Positions 54,722 to 64,000 of a stretch of DNA of 64,000 bases are shown piece by piece. Position 1 is the first letter of the stretch; every line of letters begins with the position of its first letter. The position numbers were made by a program, and so were the translations under genes. The notes below the pieces were generated by a model that was not told where the DNA came from, did not search any database, and was given only the letters and a program-made list of their open reading frames with translations. The stretch covers positions 32,001 to 96,000 of the forward strand of contig BK006936.2 in assembly GCA_000146045.2 (NCBI GenBank), given 5' to 3'. Source of the DNA: TPA_inf: Saccharomyces. Taxonomy: Eukaryota.

Positions 54722-55789
54722 TTATGGCCTTTGGTAATAGAGACCGCCAACAATGGTAGGGTTGTGCTCATCATCCTCGTCATCCCTTTCTTCATCACTG
54801 ATACCGTAAATAAGAGCGTCGTCTTCATTGTCTTTACCAAGCAATTCTGGATATTTGTTTTCCATTATCTTTTCTGTGTTGTGTAGGGAGTTTTTTTGAA
54901 ATGACGAATACAGACAAATATTCCAAACTCGTTCATTCAACAAGATGTCTGAGTATTGTTCAGGCAATGTCTTTATCTGATAATATAAGATTTCGTCTAA
55001 TTTATCGAGCATATGTTTAGGCACCGTAGCGCTTGAACATATCAGTTCGATCATAGCATGCCATTGCAAACTCGACCCGTAGTTACCAAAAAACATGGCA
55101 TTTAAGAACGCAAACTGCAACTCCCCAAAATAATTACTTGAATTTTTAAAAATTCCTTGTAGCATTACAGTGTTCAAGTAGTAAGACTTGTCTAAAAAAT
55201 CCTCCATTTCATGGCCAGGCCTTATGGCTTCTCTAGATTTGAAGTTTATTACTGTATAGTTTAAAGAATGTGCAGGATCATCTTCATTCTTGGCTTCCAT
55301 TTTAGAACCTGCTTTTTGCAAGCTGGATTTTAGCAGCTCATTTTCTTGAACTGTGGTCATCGAAGAATCTACGTAAGAGAACTGGTTTTCATCTTTCCTT
55401 ACTATCTTTCGGATTTTATCCATCTGCACAAACTCGGTAAGATTGTACCAGGTATCATCTTCGTCAATTTTCGGATAAGAAACCATCATCTGCCGTTCCT
55501 TGAAGTTGTGAACAATATTCTCGAATTTTGCGCCATCCCTTTCTTCCATCATTTTGTAAAGGCCATCTTTAGGATCATACTGAATGTAAAAGTTTCCCAT
55601 TCTACAGTCAAACCAGTAGCCATACCTCATGCTGGAATTATCTGCATGCTGAAAATGAATGACATGAACGTGTCCAATGGGGATGTCCTTGATTCCGTGA
55701 AATGGCTGATTCTCCTTGACATTAAAGGAATACTGATCGATCCCTATAGTTACCTCAATCGGAGCAGATGTAAATGGTACAGTATTCAT
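54722..55789 (-). CDS. AAR2: U5 snRNP assembly factor (355 aa)
   Basis: MNTVPFTSAPIEVTIGIDQYSFNVKENQPFHGIKDIPIGHVHVIHFQHADNSSMRYGYWFDC... Full-length 355-aa match to Aar2. Confidence 0.9.
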   Translation of the reverse strand: MNTVPFTSAPIEVTIGIDQYSFNVKENQPFHGIKDIPIGHVHVIHFQHADNSSMRYGYWFDCRMGNFYIQYDPKDGLYKMMEERDGAKFENIVHNFKERQMMVSYPKIDEDDTWYNLTEFVQMDKIRKIVRKDENQFSYVDSSMTTVQENELLKSSLQKAGSKMEAKNEDDPAHSLNYTVINFKSREAIRPGHEMEDFLDKSYYLNTVMLQGIFKNSSNYFGELQFAFLNAMFFGNYGSSLQWHAMIELICSSATVPKHMLDKLDEILYYQIKTLPEQYSDILLNERVWNICLYSSFQKNSLHNTEKIMENKYPELLGKDNEDDALIYGISDEERDDEDDEHNPTIVGGLYYQRP

Positions 55790-56186
55790 TGCAGGCTTCC
55801 GATATTTTATTTTTTAGCCCCATGTCCCAGCGATAAGGAGGATCTTTGGTGTCCATTCATCTCATTAAACCCTAAACCATTGAAATATTCGTGTTCGTGC
55901 GTCGCGATTTTTTCCGCTTTCAAGATGTGTCCTTTCTTCATCTCTTGGTTCTTATAAAAGGGCGCCGCAAACCCCTCCTAATTACTTTTTCCTTTTCACA
56001 TCCCATGGGTTTTATCTTATACCAAATGTTTACCATTCTGAATCGTATAGCCAACAAGTAACCACAGCTGCAATTGTGAAAAAAATTGATAGGTGTGGTC
56101 ACCCAACTGTTTTTTTCTCTTTTTCTTTTTTTTTTTTTGAAATGGCTAGACGGTGCTTTTGCTGGTAAAAGAAAAACTCTTGTTTC

Positions 56187-56279
56187 AATTTAACATGATG
56201 AAAAAATATATTAACACAGACCTGTACTGAACTTTTCGAAGTTTTGCAGATAACAATATTGCTTTTTTTCTCTGACTTT
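56187..56279 (+). ncRNA. SNR56: Box C/D snoRNA, about 90 nt, consistent with snR56
   Basis: C box ATGATGA at 56195-56201. D' box CTGA at 56227-56230. D box CTGA at 56272-56275. TTAA/TTAA flanks can form the terminal stem. It is intergenic between AAR2 and RPS8A. My memory of snR56 at chrII about 88.19 kb matches the inferred window offset of about 32 kb. Confidence 0.6.
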
Positions 56280-56522
56280 AACTAATCGTTCTTATTTCTG
56301 TATATACTATGACCTTGCAAACCTTGAAATGCAAAATTCGTATTCTCTGCTAAATTGAAAAATTTAGAGCATGAAGTGTGTTTTCCAGCAGACACCGCCT
56401 GTGAAAAAGATGGTAAAATGATATGATAATTAAACACACATAATAATAGCATATATGATATATAAGACTATATGAAGAGATGAGGAGAAGAGAAGAAAAA
56501 ATTGGTAGTATTTTCATTTCAT

Positions 56523-57125
56523 CTATTTCTTAGCAGTCAATCTTCTTAGGTAGAAAGCTAATTCTTCACCTTCCAAGATGTAACCATCACATCTACCGGA
56601 TTGACCTGGTCTGGAAGAGATACAAGCGTATAATCTACCGGCGCTGAATTGAGATTCAACGGAAGATTCGATCTTGGCAGAAGCAGCTCTAGCAGCCCAC
56701 TTTCTTTCAGCGTTCTTGCTCTTGGCAACAGTTTCTTCTTCCTTGACGTTCTTCTTCTTACCCAAGGTTTGACCGTAGTGAGCTTCGAACCATTGTCTGA
56801 ATGGAGTAGCATCAATTTGGACAATGGCAGCCTTGGTCAAAGTGTTAGTTCTAACCAATTCATTGTTGGATGGATGGTAAACAACACCAGCAATTCTGGT
56901 CTTCTTGGAGATACCTTCAGAAGCCCAAGAAAAGTTACCGGTTTCAATTCTTAGAGCTCTGTATTTCTTGTTACCACCTCTAGTTCTAACAGAGTGAATT
57001 CTCTTAGCACCGATCTTGGTGTTGGCTGGTTGACGGCCTAATTCGAACTTTCTCTTCTTTCTGAATTGAGCACGCTTGGCACCGGTAGCGGATCTTTTGT
57101 GACGAGAATCACGAGAAATACCCAT
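56523..57125 (-). CDS. RPS8A: 40S ribosomal protein S8 (eS8), 200 aa
   Basis: [65 protein letters not shown]... Full-length match. Single coding exon. Confidence 0.95.
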
Positions 57126-57132
57126 TTTGTAA

Positions 57133-57440
57133 CTGTAATAGAAAATTTAATGACGCTTGTTAGTAAAATAAAGAACGTACAAAAGTTGCGGAATTTTTTT
57201 CTTATCTTGAAATATGCTTTGGTTTCTTTTCATCTCTTCTTGTGAAAAACTCGGCGTTTCATAAGAGGCTTGATTTTTTGGGTACACAAAGGATTCAGTT
57301 TAGTGCACTGCTCCTGTCACAATTTATATCATCCCTTTTAGTTAAGTTTACTTTTTCCACTATCTATTCCATTCAAAGAGAGGTCCTGTAGCATTCAAAA
57401 TAATATGTAGTTCCATTACTCATATGACCATAGCACATAC
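57133..57440 (-). other. Candidate 5'UTR intron of RPS8A (about 308 nt). It has a GTATGT 5' splice site, a perfect TACTAAC branchpoint, and a CAG 3' splice site 7 nt upstream of the ATG.
   Basis: Minus strand: caaaaaGTATGTgctatgg... (5'SS at 57440-57435), then ...ttctttattttTACTAACaagcgtcattaaattttctattaCAG|ttacaaaATGGGT. The branchpoint is at 57165-57159 and the CAG at 57135-57133. To my knowledge this is not annotated. Confidence 0.4.
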
Positions 57441-57785
57441 TTTTTGTCCTGGTGTGTTTATAACGTCTTCTTGTGAGTACCAAAAAGCAAATGGCAAGTG
57501 TAATTTCCTATAACTTTAAGATAGGCCTGTAAATAACGTATATGAAACAGTTCCATCCCGTAACACCATGAACACTGCGTAAGAGAAAGCCCTCAAGCTT
57601 TCCCAGCGATGCTCGTGTGTAGGACCGAACATGGAGGGGGGAACTAGGCCCAGCACGGGTTTGGCGAGGCCGCTCTGCTCGCAGCTCAGGATTCTAAAAG
57701 GTTATTCCGCTGAGAAAATCAGAAAATAGGAACTTCTCACGCAATAATTTTAAAGTTGATGAAAAAGGAAAATTTGTAAAAGTGT

Positions 57786-57860
57786 AAGGGTGTTAAAGAG
57801 GGTGTATGGATGTAAAGTCACAAAAGTTAGAGCAGATGAAAAAGAAATGGGTGGAGACAA
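57786..57860. promoter_or_regulatory. Rap1-like sites in the RPS8A/KTI11 divergent promoter
   Basis: GGGTGTATGGATGT (about 57800-57813) matches the reverse-complement Rap1 consensus AATGTATGGGTGT at 10 of 12 positions. There are weaker neighbours AAGGGTGTT (about 57786) and AAATGGGTGGAGACA (about 57847). A GC-rich island lies at 57590-57700, between these sites and the candidate intron. Confidence 0.35.
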
Positions 57861-57977
57861 ATCCGAAAAAGGACCTATATTATCGCTATAAAGAGCTTCT
57901 CATCGCTTTTTTTTTTCAAAGACACATACATACCACGACTGTAAGCACATCATTTGTACAATACATTACCAGCTGAA

Positions 57978-58226
57978 ATGTCAACATATGACGAAATCGA
58001 AATCGAAGATATGACGTTTGAGCCTGAAAATCAAATGTTCACCTATCCTTGTCCCTGTGGAGATAGGTTTCAAATATATCTGGATGACATGTTTGAGGGC
58101 GAAAAAGTTGCTGTTTGTCCCAGCTGCTCACTGATGATCGATGTAGTTTTCGATAAAGAAGACTTGGCTGAGTACTACGAAGAGGCAGGCATCCACCCCC
58201 CTGAGCCTATTGCCGCTGCTGCCTAA
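57978..58226 (+). CDS. KTI11: CSL-type zinc-finger protein required for diphthamide and elongator-dependent tRNA modification (82 aa)
   Basis: The ORF track start at 57954 is TTG. The first ATG is at 57978 and gives MSTYDEIEIEDMTFEPENQMFTYPCPCGDRFQIYLDDMFEGEKVAVCPSCSLMIDVVFDKEDL..., containing the CPCGD...CPSC CSL zinc finger. Confidence 0.85.
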   Translation: MSTYDEIEIEDMTFEPENQMFTYPCPCGDRFQIYLDDMFEGEKVAVCPSCSLMIDVVFDKEDLAEYYEEAGIHPPEPIAAAA

Positions 58227-58740
58227 AGATGAGAGGCTAGATCGAGAATACAAATAGAAATAAAGAAAGAGCTATATGACTTAGCAACGCAAGCAGAAAA
58301 GAAGGTTTGCTTCTTCGCTGGACTCCGGTTGGAATTACTATTCAAAATTCCAAGTGCACTGATGGAAAACGTTTTGCTCAGGTTGAGCTCTTTTACTGCA
58401 TATAAGGATACTGGGTAGGTGTATATGATTATTTTATACATGATACGTAGGCTAAAATGATTTGGACCCATTAAATCATCTTGTCGCATCTCTTTTCTTT
58501 TTCCTCCATGCTCAGATTTCAATAATATCATCTCAAATGGCTGTGACAAATTTCACCGGAAAGGCGAGGGATTTTTCTGTTGACATTATCAAATTAGCTT
58601 TTTGTCAAAATAATGAAAAATAAAGAAAATATATAAAAGTACATATTATAATCAAAGCTAGCTCAGGTATATTCCCACCTTGTCGAGCATTCCGGAAGCT
58701 ACAAATACGACATTGCATACCAAGAGGCAAACGTTGAACA

Positions 58741-60030
58741 ATGGCTAAAGATATTTTGAAGAACCAGGACCCTAAATTGCAAGCGATGATCGTTGAACAC
58801 TCGGCGCCTGCTCCCAAAGAGATACCTATGGACGCTCCTGTTTTGAAAAGAGTCGCTAGACCTTTAAGACATGTAAAGTTCATTCCAATTAAATCGCTGA
58901 TATTCCATACTAAAACAGGGCCCATGGATTTTTCTTATGAAAAGAAGATCAAGACGCCTATTCCTAAGAACAAAATTGTAGTTCGAGTAAGTAATGTGGG
59001 TTTGAACCCTGTAGATATGAAAATCAGGAACGGCTACACATCGTCGATTTACGGTGAGATCGGCTTGGGGAGAGAGTACAGTGGTGTTATCACTGAGGTA
59101 GGCGAGAACCTAAACTACGCCTGGCACGTGGGTGATGAAGTATACGGTATATACTACCACCCTCATTTGGCCGTGGGATGTTTGCAAAGTTCAATCTTAG
59201 TAGATCCAAAGGTGGACCCAATCCTTTTGAGACCAGAATCGGTTAGCGCCGAAGAAGCTGCAGGCTCCTTATTCTGCCTGGCCACCGGCTATAATATTCT
59301 GAATAAATTATCCAAGAACAAGTATTTGAAGCAAGATTCAAACGTTTTGATTAATGGTGGAACTTCGTCAGTGGGGATGTTTGTCATACAATTATTGAAG
59401 CGTCATTACAAGTTACAGAAAAAACTAGTGATTGTAACGTCTGCAAATGGGCCCCAAGTTTTACAGGAGAAATTTCCTGATCTGGCTGATGAAATGATTT
59501 TCATCGATTACTTAACGTGTAGGGGTAAATCTAGTAAACCACTAAGAAAAATGCTCGAAGAAAAGAAAATTTCTCAGTATGATCCGGTCGAGGATAAGGA
59601 AACTATACTTAACTATAATGAGGGGAAGTTCGATGTTGTACTCGATTTTGTCGGTGGTTACGATATTTTGAGTCATTCTAGTTCATTGATTCACGGCGGT
59701 GGTGCGTACGTAACCACTGTAGGTGATTACGTTGCCAATTATAAAGAAGACATTTTCGATTCATGGGATAACCCAAGTGCCAATGCAAGAAAAATGTTCG
59801 GGTCTATTATCTGGTCATATAACTACACACATTACTATTTTGATCCGAATGCAAAGACGGCTTCCGCCAATAATGATTGGATTGAGCAATGTGGCGACTT
59901 TTTGAAGAACGGTACTGTAAAATGTGTCGTCGACAAAGTTTATGACTGGAAAGACCATAAAGAAGCATTTTCTTATATGGCCACTCAACGTGCCCAAGGA
60001 AAGTTAATCATGAACGTCGAAAAATTCTAG
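58741..60030 (+). CDS. AST1: Medium-chain dehydrogenase/reductase family protein (quinone-oxidoreductase-like), 429 aa
   Basis: MAKDILKNQDPKLQAMIVEHSAPAPKEI... with an MDR Rossmann segment VLINGGTSSVGMFVIQLLK. Length and position match AST1. Confidence 0.8.
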   Translation: MAKDILKNQDPKLQAMIVEHSAPAPKEIPMDAPVLKRVARPLRHVKFIPIKSLIFHTKTGPMDFSYEKKIKTPIPKNKIVVRVSNVGLNPVDMKIRNGYTSSIYGEIGLGREYSGVITEVGENLNYAWHVGDEVYGIYYHPHLAVGCLQSSILVDPKVDPILLRPESVSAEEAAGSLFCLATGYNILNKLSKNKYLKQDSNVLINGGTSSVGMFVIQLLKRHYKLQKKLVIVTSANGPQVLQEKFPDLADEMIFIDYLTCRGKSSKPLRKMLEEKKISQYDPVEDKETILNYNEGKFDVVLDFVGGYDILSHSSSLIHGGGAYVTTVGDYVANYKEDIFDSWDNPSANARKMFGSIIWSYNYTHYYFDPNAKTASANNDWIEQCGDFLKNGTVKCVVDKVYDWKDHKEAFSYMATQRAQGKLIMNVEKF

Positions 60031-60413
60031 ATACCCACTTACATTTACAATATGTTTTATTTTTAAACTTAATGAACTTCATAATTTAATGCTTAATATT
60101 TTCCCCCTCCCACCTTCTCCTGGCGTTCTCTGTACGTACATAACCATTTATTTTAATATATAATCAAATATTGTAACAATTGAAGCAGATGAGTCTCGCT
60201 CCTTAGTTAAGCACGTGCCGATGATATCAATTGGATTTGTTAGCAAATCAGCCTTGCTGCTCGATTCTCTGCTTTTTTTTTACTTCTCGGTCATTGAAAA
60301 ATCCTGACGAAAATATTTCAAGGTCCTATATGGTCATCGACCTTGAGCATGTGGTAGACTACATAATGCACATAGACTCTCAGCTTCAACTCCACAAGGC
60401 TTCTCCAGCAAAA

Positions 60414-61394
60414 ATGAATTCAGAGTCTCGAGAAGATATGGCTATAAATAGTATCAAATTGCTAGCGGGAAACTCCCATCCTGATTTGGCTGAACAAATA
60501 TCGAAAAAGTTAGGTATTCCACTTTCCAAAGTTGGTGTGTACCAGTATTCTAATAAAGAAACCTCTGTCACCATAGGTGAGAGCCTTCGCGACGAAGATG
60601 TGTATATTATCCAAACTGGAATAGGTGAACAAGAAATTAATGATTTCTTGATGGAATTATTAATTTTAATTCATGCTTGCAAAATTGCATCTGCAAGAAA
60701 GATCACTACTGTAATACCCAATTTTCCATATGCAAGACAAGACAAGAAAGATAAATCCCGGGCGCCCATTACCGCAAAGTTGGTTGCCAATTTATTGCAA
60801 ACTGCTGGTGCTGATCATGTCATCACAATGGATCTCCATGCCTCCCAAATTCAAGGGTTTTTCCATATCCCGGTTGACAACCTATATGCAGAACCAAGTG
60901 TTTTAAATTATATTAGAACGAAAACAGATTTCGACAATGCTATTTTGGTGTCGCCTGATGCAGGTGGTGCTAAGAGAGTAGCTGCTTTGGCTGACAAGTT
61001 AGATTTAAATTTTGCTTTGATTCACAAAGAGAGGCAAAAAGCTAACGAGGTTTCAAAAATGGTGCTTGTTGGTGATGTTACCAATAAATCATGTTTATTA
61101 GTTGATGATATGGCGGATACTTGTGGTACGTTGGTAAAAGCTTGTGATACGTTGATGGAGCATGGTGCCAAAGAAGTTATAGCTATTGTTACACACGGTA
61201 TTTTCTCCGGTTCAGCAAGAGAAAAGCTAAGAAATAGTAGATTGTCTAGAATTGTTTGCACAAATACCGTTCCGGTAGATTTGGATTTACCTATTGCTGA
61301 CCAGATCGATATTAGTCCCACGTTCGCTGAAGCTATAAGAAGACTACACAATGGTGAATCCGTGTCATATTTGTTCACCCATGCTCCAGTATAG
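60414..61394 (+). CDS. PRS4: Ribose-phosphate pyrophosphokinase (PRPP synthetase), 326 aa
   Basis: The ORF track start at 60231 is TTG. The conserved N-terminus [40 protein letters not shown] starts at the ATG at 60414. The PRPP-binding loop is [11 protein letters not shown]. Confidence 0.9.
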   Translation: MNSESREDMAINSIKLLAGNSHPDLAEQISKKLGIPLSKVGVYQYSNKETSVTIGESLRDEDVYIIQTGIGEQEINDFLMELLILIHACKIASARKITTVIPNFPYARQDKKDKSRAPITAKLVANLLQTAGADHVITMDLHASQIQGFFHIPVDNLYAEPSVLNYIRTKTDFDNAILVSPDAGGAKRVAALADKLDLNFALIHKERQKANEVSKMVLVGDVTNKSCLLVDDMADTCGTLVKACDTLMEHGAKEVIAIVTHGIFSGSAREKLRNSRLSRIVCTNTVPVDLDLPIADQIDISPTFAEAIRRLHNGESVSYLFTHAPV

Positions 61395-61638
61395 GACAAT
61401 TTTTTATTCTTAGATTCCTGATTGCTTGCATGCCTAAATACTTCATAATTGTATTAGTTTAAAAGAAAACCTTTTACTGAGACAAAACTATAAATTTAAG
61501 AAAAAGGTTCCGGAGCCGGTTTAAAAAAAGAAGATTAAAGATATTATATTTATGTAAGAATTAAATTAATACTGTCAGAGAAAAAATAGTTTTAAAGGAG
61601 ACGGTGAACCTTTACCTTCCTTGATATGCAAATATTTT

Positions 61639-63882
61639 TCAGCTTTTCCTAAAACTAAACATTCTCGACTTTTTTTTAGAAGACTTTATGGGTGTGTTAG
61701 AAACAAAGCTGTCGTCTATAGCAGTATCCAAATCGTCTGCTATAGGCAGCTCTTCCTTTTTCTTTTGACCACTATTGCAAGTTCTTAGCCAATCATCGTA
61801 CTTGATTAGATTGTCTATATTATCATCTTGTTCTTTTGCCATATTTTCACGATCATTCTTTTCAACAGCGTTTGAATACATCGCTTTATAAAACAAAACA
61901 TATGCTGTTGCCATATTTGGAGATTCACCTGTGAATTCTAACACTGTTTCCTCTTTAACTGCCTCTACCGTTTCGTCATCAAATAACAACCAGCCAAACT
62001 TTTCATGTTTACATAGGGAAACATAATGGCCGTGTTGTGGCCCACCGCCCATATGAACGACAATCCCAGCCAATTCATACTTTTGACAAACCTTAGAATT
62101 TATTGAAGAGCAAACATTTAGCGTCAGAGGATAGTGAATGTTATTAAAAAGCTTAATATTACAGTTTTGTTTCTCAGAATACTTGAATCTTTTCAAGTGT
62201 AATGTTAAAGTATCAGGCAATTGCTTCAAACCAACTAATCTCTCTGCCTCCTGTAAACCGCAACATTCGTCACAATAAAACTTGTTTGAGCCATTTAGCA
62301 TTTCTCGCTGGTGATAACTTTTCAAAATTTCCTGTATATCTGTTTCCTCATCTCCCTGAACTTCTATGGGGAAATCCAAAAATGGCTCATCCCTAGATGT
62401 AATGTTATCGCACGTCAGACATTTTATTTGATTCGTTAAAGTGCCTTGAAACAAGTCACTGATGAAATTTTTACTCTTACTCGGTTCGCTATCGCTGTTG
62501 ATATCACTGGCTGCTATTTTTTTATTCTCACGTTCTATATATTCACTCAACTCGTTTAATAAGAAATTGAAAAATTCGTGAGCATCCTGATGCATAGTAG
62601 TATTAAATAATACATTTTCTCTTTTGAGAACATCAACAAAAGAGCTAGGCGATACAACACCAGTTAAATACGTATTCTCAGTTATGCATTCAAAGATATC
62701 TCTCAAACTGGAATACAAAGTAGCCTTATCTGAGCCGTTTAAGCTATGGTCAATATTGAGCACTGGCCCACGAATAAGTGCGGATTTCTTTCTATGTTCT
62801 GGGGATATTTGAGAAGAGGAACTAGATCTTCTAGTATCTTTTTTATCAAGTGGAGTGGATAAGCTGCTATTACTTTCTCCTTTCAAGTCCAGGTTATTAC
62901 TATTACTGCTACCTCTTGAAGGATTTTCATAATTGAGAACTCTGCCAACAATTATTTTACGCGGAACATCCGGAGGTCTATCTGTGACGTTCTCGAAACT
63001 CAATCTGCTCGGAGCACCAGGCTCATTAGGTGTTTCGACTATCAATGGAGGTGCGTCTTGAGGACGAGAAGAGGGTTTTCCAGTGGTTAATATAGCAGGA
63101 CTTCCTTCCTTTTTATTATTGTCTTGTACATGTTTCGCGCTAAAACTTTTAAAAAATTTACTCTTCTTCTCTGAAGGCCCAGCTGTATTTGAATTTACAG
63201 AATTTACAGGGGTAGGCTTTCCATCATCAACAGATTGAGGTTTAGGGTTAGGCAAATGTCCATTGGTACCAGCAATGCTTTTCTCAAAACTTGCTTCGGT
63301 AAATATTCTTGGTTTCTTACCTCTCATTTCTTTCTTTCTTGGTTGATCAGATTCTCTTGATTTTTTTGGAAATTGCAATATATTTTCACGTAATGAGGAC
63401 AGATTATAGAGACATTGAAGAACTGAGTTACAGTAACATGTATTGCCAAAATTTTCGTATCCAAAAACTTTGTTGGAGCCGTCTCCATAGGGCATTGAGT
63501 CGGACACCTTCATAGCTAATATGGGTGCCTCGGGCCCTTGCGTGATAATGCCTCCGTATGCGTTTATAGCCTTTGCGTTTGAAATATAAAATATCCCATC
63601 CTGGCTGTAATTACTGCCTTGATTGCACGTTTCAGAAGAATAGTCTAGTCCGGAAGAAATCTGCAAATTATTGTCTTCATTCAAAAAAGTTTCCTTGGTA
63701 TCCAAATTAGAGACAAACAATGAGCTAGAGGGATTATCGGATGATTCGCTATAACAGAGTTCATCATTTATATCGTGGTTTACAGGCTTAAAGTCAACCT
63801 TTTCTACTTCTTCTGTAATGGTATCATTAACAGCCTTTTTCTTCTTCCCAGACTTACTTATAGTTAGCCATCTTCTGATCAT
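61639..63882 (-). CDS. UBP13: Ubiquitin-specific protease, UBP9/UBP13 type (747 aa)
   Basis: Cys box GNTCYCNSVLQC and His box ...GHYVSLCKHEKFGWLLFDDETVEAV... in a 747-aa ORF at the expected YBL067C position. Confidence 0.85.
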   Translation of the reverse strand: MIRRWLTISKSGKKKKAVNDTITEEVEKVDFKPVNHDINDELCYSESSDNPSSSLFVSNLDTKETFLNEDNNLQISSGLDYSSETCNQGSNYSQDGIFYISNAKAINAYGGIITQGPEAPILAMKVSDSMPYGDGSNKVFGYENFGNTCYCNSVLQCLYNLSSLRENILQFPKKSRESDQPRKKEMRGKKPRIFTEASFEKSIAGTNGHLPNPKPQSVDDGKPTPVNSVNSNTAGPSEKKSKFFKSFSAKHVQDNNKKEGSPAILTTGKPSSRPQDAPPLIVETPNEPGAPSRLSFENVTDRPPDVPRKIIVGRVLNYENPSRGSSNSNNLDLKGESNSSLSTPLDKKDTRRSSSSSQISPEHRKKSALIRGPVLNIDHSLNGSDKATLYSSLRDIFECITENTYLTGVVSPSSFVDVLKRENVLFNTTMHQDAHEFFNFLLNELSEYIERENKKIAASDINSDSEPSKSKNFISDLFQGTLTNQIKCLTCDNITSRDEPFLDFPIEVQGDEETDIQEILKSYHQREMLNGSNKFYCDECCGLQEAERLVGLKQLPDTLTLHLKRFKYSEKQNCNIKLFNNIHYPLTLNVCSSINSKVCQKYELAGIVVHMGGGPQHGHYVSLCKHEKFGWLLFDDETVEAVKEETVLEFTGESPNMATAYVLFYKAMYSNAVEKNDRENMAKEQDDNIDNLIKYDDWLRTCNSGQKKKEELPIADDLDTAIDDSFVSNTPIKSSKKKSRMFSFRKS

Positions 63883-64000
63883 GATTGCGCCCTTCTTGCG
63901 TGGGTTTAGTATGTTAATGAAAGTACTGGATCCTTACTAAAGCCGAATTTGGCCCCTTCAACAAATAAAGCTTGATGAGTTGAACAGTCAAAGGGTAAGA

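Overview
This window is a gene-dense stretch of Saccharomyces cerevisiae chromosome II, left arm, in the order expected for roughly YBL100 to YBL067. Identification is from memory of the translated ORFs and of gene order; no database search was possible.

The left edge holds the 3' two thirds of a Ty2 (Ty1/copia-type) retrotransposon in plus orientation. It is followed by a degenerate delta remnant and a 371-bp solo LTR of tau (Ty4) type with perfect 5-bp target-site duplications. All of these sit upstream of an intron-containing tRNA-Phe(GAA) gene, a classic Pol III target for Ty integration.

The rest of the window is ordinary protein-coding yeast DNA: ATP1, BNA4, BRN1, MRX3, ROX3, RPL32, SCS22 (spliced), MAP2, MRP21, AVT5, TEL1 (8.4 kb), RPL23A (spliced), YBL086C, BOI1, CDC27, ALG3, YBL081W, PET112, NUP170, ATG8, ILS1, SSA3, AAR2, RPS8A, KTI11, AST1, PRS4 and UBP13. 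A box C/D snoRNA matching the position and box arrangement of snR56 lies between AAR2 and RPS8A.

The ORF track uses non-ATG (TTG/GTG) starts in places, so several N-termini were trimmed to the first ATG that matches the known protein.

I do not see a novel multi-gene system here.

The observations most worth checking are two candidate 5'UTR introns with textbook GUAUGU / UACUAAC / YAG signals, each immediately upstream of the start codon of an intronless ribosomal-protein gene (RPL32 and RPS8A). Both share the same promoter architecture: Rap1-like sites, then a GC-rich island, then the candidate intron, then the ATG.

Other notes cover the retroelement insertion scars, an inverted CCAAT pair in the ATP1 promoter, a URS1 site at ATG8, a PDS element at SSA3, Reb1/MCB/Cbf1 sites at the YBL086C-BOI1 divergent promoter, and coding microsatellites: poly-Asn in CDC27, an N-rich prion-like YBL081W, and an (HK)n run in BOI1.
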